Part shown: one piece after another, positions 59,101 to 64,000 of the stretch
Position numbering within the stretch: the stretch's first letter is position 1
How the letters are laid out: every line of letters starts with the position of its first letter
Assembly: GCA_963663495.1 (NCBI GenBank)
Contig: OY760427.1
Coordinates: forward strand, 62,080 to 126,079
Direction: 5' to 3'
Source: Rhodothermales bacterium
GTDB taxonomy: Bacteria > Bacteroidota > Rhodothermia > Rhodothermales > Bin80
DNA length: 64,000 nucleotides
The notes under the pieces: model-generated
What the model was told of the DNA's origin: nothing
The model's input: only the letters and a program-made list of their open reading frames with translations
Databases searched by the model: none
Translations under genes and position numbers: made by a program

Positions 59101-60276
59101 ATGAAGTACCGTGTACAGATACTCAACTCAATTTCTCGCAAGGGACTGGATACCTTTCCTTCGGATCAGTACATGCTTACGCAAGACGGGGAGCAGGCTG
59201 ATGGTGTTGTGCTTAGGAGTCACAATCTTCACGGGGCGGAGCTTCCCGAAAAACTAAAGGTGATCTCGCGCGCAGGTGCAGGCGTCAATAACATACCGAT
59301 TGCGTTGTGCACGGAGCGTGGAATCGCGGTTTTCAACACGCCCGGCGCGAACGCTAACAGCGTAAAGGAGCTAGTCTTATGCGGTCTTTTCCTCGCGTCG
59401 CGTCGAGTTATTGAGGGGATCAACTGGGTACGGGAGCTCGCTACGGATGATGGCGATGTCGGGCGCCTTGTGGAGGGCGGCAAGAACCGGTTCAAGGGTC
59501 CGGAAATATTGGGCAAGACTTTGGGTGTCATCGGGCTGGGCGCAATTGGCGTGTCCGTAGCCAATGCCGCGAGTGCGCTGGGTATGGACACGATTGGGCA
59601 TGATCCGTTTATTTCTGTTGATGCAGCGTGGGGCGTGTCCCGCGAGGTCCGGCGGGCGCACTCACTGGAGGAACTGTTGCGCGCTTCCGACTACGTCACC
59701 TTGCATGCTCCGCTCAATGATCATACCAGAGACCTCATTGGGGCCCGGGAGCTTGCATTGATGCGGCCCGGTGCACGCCTGCTTAATTTTGCCCGGGGGG
59801 GATTGGTAGACGACGAAGCGGTGCTGGCGGCATTGGGGAGCGGAGCTCTTGGACGGTATGTGACGGATTTTGTTGATATGAGGCTGGCGCGCCATCCCGG
59901 CGTTGTACCCGTGCCGCACCTGGGAGCTTCTACGCCGGAGGCCGAAGACAATTGTGCGGTCATGGCGGTGCAGCAGTTGCGCAATTACCTGGAATTGGGC
60001 ACGGTGCGTAATTCGGTGAACTTCCCTCGGGTCGAGCTGCCGTACCGGCCAGGCACCTGTCGGATTCAGATTGTCAACAGGAATGAGCCCAACATGATCA
60101 GACAGCTGACTGGCGTCGTTGCTGATGCGGGCATCAACATAGCGAATCTGGTCAACAAAGGTCGGGGAGTGTTGGCCTATACGTTGATTGATTTGGCGGC
60201 CCGCCTTAATAATCCGATGTTGGCCCGCCTAGCGGCGATTGATGGTGTGGTGCGCGTCCGCAGGCTTGGTGGGTGA
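59101..60276 (+). CDS. serA: D-3-phosphoglycerate dehydrogenase with a C-terminal ACT domain
   Basis: GLGAIG NAD-binding fold, PHLGAST and an ACT-like tail. The start is set at the MKYRVQIL at 59101. Confidence 0.82.
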   Translation: MKYRVQILNSISRKGLDTFPSDQYMLTQDGEQADGVVLRSHNLHGAELPEKLKVISRAGAGVNNIPIALCTERGIAVFNTPGANANSVKELVLCGLFLASRRVIEGINWVRELATDDGDVGRLVEGGKNRFKGPEILGKTLGVIGLGAIGVSVANAASALGMDTIGHDPFISVDAAWGVSREVRRAHSLEELLRASDYVTLHAPLNDHTRDLIGARELALMRPGARLLNFARGGLVDDEAVLAALGSGALGRYVTDFVDMRLARHPGVVPVPHLGASTPEAEDNCAVMAVQQLRNYLELGTVRNSVNFPRVELPYRPGTCRIQIVNRNEPNMIRQLTGVVADAGINIANLVNKGRGVLAYTLIDLAARLNNPMLARLAAIDGVVRVRRLGG

Positions 60277-60396
60277 CCACCTTCGGGTTCGCACGCTGCC
60301 AGGCAACCATGAACGCAGGTTCGGGTTATCTATAGTCGGACCTGCCATGCAGGCATGAGGTATGTTCCACGTTCTATGTAGACGAGCTCTCCGGGC

Positions 60397-60990
60397 ATGC
60401 AGCGTAGTTTTATAGGCCCATCGGTACCTCGTTGTGGTAGACCGTGGTCTCGGCGCCTCTGGTCAGCTGTGTTCCGTGCATTCCGGTGGGAAATTGTAGG
60501 CAAGGAGCGCGTGGATCTTGCCCGCTTCGTTCTCATCGCTGCCCCGCACACGAGCAACTGGGATTTTGTGCTCGCCATGATGATTCGATGGGCCGTAGGC
60601 ATGGATTTTCGGTGGATTGGGAAGCATACGCTCTTCCGGTGGCCGTTTGGAATCCTTTTTCGTGCTATTGGCGGTATTCCGGTTGATCGGGATCATCATC
60701 AGGGGATGGTAGCTTCAGCTATCTCCATTTTTGACAGCCAGCCGCAGTTGATGCTTGCCATAACGCCGGAAGGGACACGCAGCCGCGTCAGCAGATGGAG
60801 GACAGGTTTCTATCACATAGCGATGGGAGCGGATGTACCTATTGTGTGTGCCTACCTTGACTACACGCGCCGCGTGGTGCTCTTTGATGCCCCGTTTTAT
60901 CCCACGGGAGACTTGGAGGGGGACATTGACCTGCTGCGACGGTCCTACGAGCCGTATTCCAAGAAGGGGCGGCGCCCGAATTATGGCTAG
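60397..60990 (+). CDS. 1-acyl-sn-glycerol-3-phosphate acyltransferase-family protein
   Basis: APHTSNWDF (HX4D) and ITPEGTRS motifs. Confidence 0.78.
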   Translation: MQRSFIGPSVPRCGRPWSRRLWSAVFRAFRWEIVGKERVDLARFVLIAAPHTSNWDFVLAMMIRWAVGMDFRWIGKHTLFRWPFGILFRAIGGIPVDRDHHQGMVASAISIFDSQPQLMLAITPEGTRSRVSRWRTGFYHIAMGADVPIVCAYLDYTRRVVLFDAPFYPTGDLEGDIDLLRRSYEPYSKKGRRPNYG

Positions 60991-60996
60991 AGGGGG

Positions 60997-62424
60997 TCAT
61001 GGGAAAATCCCCATTGACTCGTAGCCTTGGCCAATCTTGGCTATCGCGCTCAAGAATGCGCCGGTTCTCAGATCGATTCCATGCGTCCTGGAATGCGCGC
61101 GGACCTCATGAAAAGCTCCTACCATGGTGTCCTCCAAGCCCGAGTTTACCAGATCGGCCTCGCTTGCACCGAAAGCCACGCCGTGCACGGCGCCATCCAT
61201 CTTGTCCTGCGAATACTTTTGGCCAGTCAGCGTCTCCACTGCTCGCAGGATACGAGCAGCAGAGTGCTGTTCAAATCGTCGGCTCATGCGCCCATGGCGC
61301 ACATGCGACAGGTTCCGTAGCCATTCAAAATAGGACACGGTCACCCCTCCGGCATTGAGAAACACATCCGGAAGGATTATCACGCCGCGATCATTCAGCG
61401 CATGGTCTGCTTCAACGGTTGTAGGGCCATTGGCTGCTTCGGCGACAATTTTGGCCCGGATCTGATCCACGTTCCTTCTATGAATCTGATGTTCCAGGGC
61501 TGCCGGAACCAGGATATCACACGCAAGCTCCAAGGCTCGGTTTGATGGCTCCAGGTTAGTAGCGCCCGGAAAGCCCAAAATGGAGCCTGTCTCTCTGCGG
61601 TGGGTGAGGACGGCCTCAAGATTAAGACCTTTCGGGTTAGCAATGGCTCCTTCGTACTCGGCGAGCCCGACCAGAAGGGTTCCGGCTTGTTGCAGGAAGC
61701 GTGCTACATGGTAGCCCACGTTGCCAAGCCCCTGGATGACAGCGGTTTTCCCTTCCAGTCCGCGTGTCAGTCCGAGGCGGGCCATGTCGCTGGCCACGTC
61801 ACACGCCTCGCGAATGCCATAGAAAACACCGCGTCCTGTCGCTTCTTCGCGCCCACGGACACCACCTTGGCCTACGGGCTTGCCCGTGACACAGGCCAAT
61901 GCGTCAAGAGGGCTATCTGTCATGGTCATGTATGTGTCCAAAATCCATGCCATTTCCCGCGCTCCCGTACCGTAGTCGGGTGCAGGCACATCAAAGCCGG
62001 GTCCGATAAAATTCTTTTGGGATAGCTCGTAGGTATATCTGCGCGTTATACGTTCAAGCTCTCGTACGGAATAATCGCGTGAATTAATGGCAATGCCGCC
62101 CTTAGCACCACCAAATGGGACATCAACGATGGCGCATTTGTAGGTCATCAGGGCTGCCAGGGCCGTGATCTCGTCGGCCGTTACGTTTGCGGCGTAGCGG
62201 ATTCCCCCCTTTGTCGGCAACTTGTGGTGGCTGTGCTCCGCACGGTATGCCTGCAGGACCTCAATCTTGCCGTTATCGCGAATGACGGGAAAGCTGACGT
62301 GGTAGATGCTGTTGCAGTTTCTTATTTGCGCCAGCAGACCGGGATCAAGACTCGCATATGCGGCGGCTTGATCAAACATGCGGTTTACCTGTTCGGAGAA
62401 GGATAGCTTCGCAGTTGGATTCAT
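60997..62424 (-). CDS. gdh: Glu/Leu/Phe/Val dehydrogenase (glutamate dehydrogenase-like)
   Basis: KGGIRY...PFGGAKGG...GLGNVG motifs. The start is set at the MNPTAKLSF; the ORF is open up to 62487. Confidence 0.85.
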   Translation of the reverse strand: MNPTAKLSFSEQVNRMFDQAAAYASLDPGLLAQIRNCNSIYHVSFPVIRDNGKIEVLQAYRAEHSHHKLPTKGGIRYAANVTADEITALAALMTYKCAIVDVPFGGAKGGIAINSRDYSVRELERITRRYTYELSQKNFIGPGFDVPAPDYGTGAREMAWILDTYMTMTDSPLDALACVTGKPVGQGGVRGREEATGRGVFYGIREACDVASDMARLGLTRGLEGKTAVIQGLGNVGYHVARFLQQAGTLLVGLAEYEGAIANPKGLNLEAVLTHRRETGSILGFPGATNLEPSNRALELACDILVPAALEHQIHRRNVDQIRAKIVAEAANGPTTVEADHALNDRGVIILPDVFLNAGGVTVSYFEWLRNLSHVRHGRMSRRFEQHSAARILRAVETLTGQKYSQDKMDGAVHGVAFGASEADLVNSGLEDTMVGAFHEVRAHSRTHGIDLRTGAFLSAIAKIGQGYESMGIFP

Positions 62425-62502
62425 TGCGTCAGAATGATGAACTTGATGGTTCCGGTTGTACGTTAGTCCGTAACTTATCTGTTGCACCCCTCATTAGAAA
62501 CC

Positions 62503-64000
62503 GTGGCAGAGCATATTCTCGCTTCCATCGTACTTGTCATTGCCTTGGGCATTGGTGCCCAGTGGTTTGCATGGCGGATTCGGGTCCCCTCTATTCTGCT
62601 GCTTCTGGTATTCGGTTTCCTTGCTGGTCCGGTAACCGGGATGCTCTCACCGGTTACGCTCCAAGGCGACTGGGTGCTGGCATTTGTCTCCCTCTCTATC
62701 GGGATAATCCTGTTTGAGGGTGGGCTGAGTCTGCGTTTGTCAGAGTTGGCAGAGGGTGGTAAAGCAGTGGTAAGCCTCATTACTGTGGGAGTACTGGTGA
62801 CATGGGTTTTGGCTGGCGCTGCAGCCTACTATGTGTTGGGGATGAATATTGCCATGGCAGTGCTTCTCGGCGCAATTCTGACCGTTACCGGGCCGACTGT
62901 GGTAATCCCGCTTCTGCGGCAGGTGCGACCCAGGGGACGGGTAGGCGTAATTGCAAAATGGGAAGGTATCACCATTGATCCTGTCGGTGCCATCCTTGCA
63001 GTGCTGGTGCTGGAAACAATTATAGAGGTGCACTCCCTTGAGCTGGCGCAATTCGCAAGCGTCGGGGCGGCTGTGGTACATGCGTTAAAGGCACTTCTAA
63101 TGACCATCTGTGTAGGCGTGGGCGTAGGCACCTTGGCTGCTGTTATTATTGTAGTGGTGCTTAGGCGCAGGCTTGTACCCGACTACCTCCAGAATCCGGT
63201 GGTTCTGATGATAGTGGTGGCGACGTACGGGCTGGCCAATTCGCTTCAAGGGGAGTCCGGACTATTGCAGGCTACGCTTTTGGGGATTCTTCTCGCGAAT
63301 CAAAAATACGTTACAATTCGGCACATTACGAAGTTCAAGGAGGATCTTCAGGTATTGCTTTTGGCGTGCCTGTTCATTCTGCTGAGTGCTCGGCTTGATT
63401 TGGAGGTAGTGCGGTACTTTGATGGTCGTGCTTTCCTGTTCCTGGGGATACTGATCCTTCTCGTGCGACCGGTGTCAGTCTTTCTTTCCACCCTGACAAC
63501 AACACTGCACTTGAAGGAAAAGACACTGCTTGCCTGGCTCGCTCCGCGTGGTATTGTTGCTGCCGCAGTAGCATCGCTGTTTGCATTCCGTCTGGACTCC
63601 ATATACCCTGCTGAGGCAGAGCGCCTGGTGCCGATTGTCTTTTTTGTCATTGTCGGTACCGTCGCTGCTTATGGTCTGACGCTATCGCCGGTTGCCAGGC
63701 GGCTTGGACTGGCGGATCCTTACCCGCAGGGGCTGCTCTTTCTGGGTGCATACCCGTGGGTTCAACGCATGGCCAAAGCGGTACAGAATCTTGATTTCAA
63801 AGTGCTACTGATTGACGCCAATGCCAAGAACATCGCAGATGCTAAGGCCTTGGATCTGCAAGCGGTCACAGCTGACGCACTGTCAGAGTCAGTCTTTGAC
63901 GAGCTGGACTTTAGTGGGCTCGGACGGTTTCTGGCGCTGACGCCCAATGACAACACGAATTCCCTTGCGGCATTGCACTTTGCCGAGGTGTTTGAGGAGA
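62503..64000 (+). CDS. cation:proton antiporter (CPA1/NhaP-like) with the beginning of a TrkA-N-like domain, 3'-truncated by the window edge; absent from the ORF track
   Basis: Hand translation from the GTG at 62503 stays open to base 64000 (VAEHILASIVLVIALGIGAQWFAWRIRVPSILLLLVFGFLAGP...LFEGGLSL...TGPTVVIPLLRQV...). Confidence 0.8.
   Translation, partial: MAEHILASIVLVIALGIGAQWFAWRIRVPSILLLLVFGFLAGPVTGMLSPVTLQGDWVLAFVSLSIGIILFEGGLSLRLSELAEGGKAVVSLITVGVLVTWVLAGAAAYYVLGMNIAMAVLLGAILTVTGPTVVIPLLRQVRPRGRVGVIAKWEGITIDPVGAILAVLVLETIIEVHSLELAQFASVGAAVVHALKALLMTICVGVGVGTLAAVIIVVVLRRRLVPDYLQNPVVLMIVVATYGLANSLQGESGLLQATLLGILLANQKYVTIRHITKFKEDLQVLLLACLFILLSARLDLEVVRYFDGRAFLFLGILILLVRPVSVFLSTLTTTLHLKEKTLLAWLAPRGIVAAAVASLFAFRLDSIYPAEAERLVPIVFFVIVGTVAAYGLTLSPVARRLGLADPYPQGLLFLGAYPWVQRMAKAVQNLDFKVLLIDANAKNIADAKALDLQAVTADALSESVFDELDFSGLGRFLALTPNDNTNSLAALHFAEVFEE

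Overview
By eye the window is about 55-60% GC and comes from an FCB-group bacterium (Bacteroidota/Rhodothermota-like). The basis is the GroEL/GroES genes with a CIRCE operator, the heme O and heme A synthase genes, and one TAnnTTTG-type promoter candidate.

The conserved backbone holds:
- a Wzi-like gene cut by the left window edge, an EPS priming glycosylphosphotransferase and a fused E1 alpha/beta dehydrogenase
- bcp, gatB, tpiA and rlmN
- ctaB, ctaA, glmM and groES-groEL
- an NCS2 permease, mutY, an Omp85-family protein, rsmE and secG
- rnpB (RNase P RNA, found by hand), nif3 and rpiB
- an MFS transporter, serA, an acyltransferase, gdh, and a cation/proton antiporter cut by the right window edge

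Two accessory islands saturated with insertion sequences interrupt this backbone, at about 13.1-29.3 kb and 44.7-57.2 kb. Exact junctions were read from the sequence.

1. tnpB unit. A 1.47-kb unit carries an apparently intact tnpB (RuvC D/E/D residues and a zinc finger). It has imperfect terminal inverted repeats, GGGAGTTATAT... and ...ATATAATTCCC, which are the same end sequence as an IS1595-family DDE element in the window. Its second copy is flanked by a perfect 8-bp duplication (GTTATTTT). This is IS1595-style transposition, not IS200/IS605-style.
2. 3.7-kb unit. It is bounded by the IS1595 left end and the tnpB-unit right end and is flanked by a second perfect 8-bp duplication (TTAAATAG).
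3. Composite transposon. tnpB copy 2 is split by an 11-kb composite transposon made of two direct IS1380-family copies, with a 5-bp duplication (TTGGT). Its cargo is mostly decayed mobile and defence genes: an IS1595 pseudogene, a DUF4338-Tn5-like transposase pseudogene, an integrase fragment and a truncated GmrSD-like gene. The cargo also holds one intact, AT-richer gene for a membrane protein with tandem repeats.
4. Other IS elements. There is a third IS1380 copy (TSD TTTAG), an IS1380 remnant, and an IS5/IS1182-like element with 18-bp perfect inverted repeats and TSD AAGA.

Other notable items are a 2192-aa protein with a Calx-beta passenger and an autotransporter-like C-terminal barrel, and a roughly 0.8-kb hairpin-rich non-coding segment of unknown nature that is split by two IS insertions.

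No tRNA, rRNA or CRISPR array was seen.
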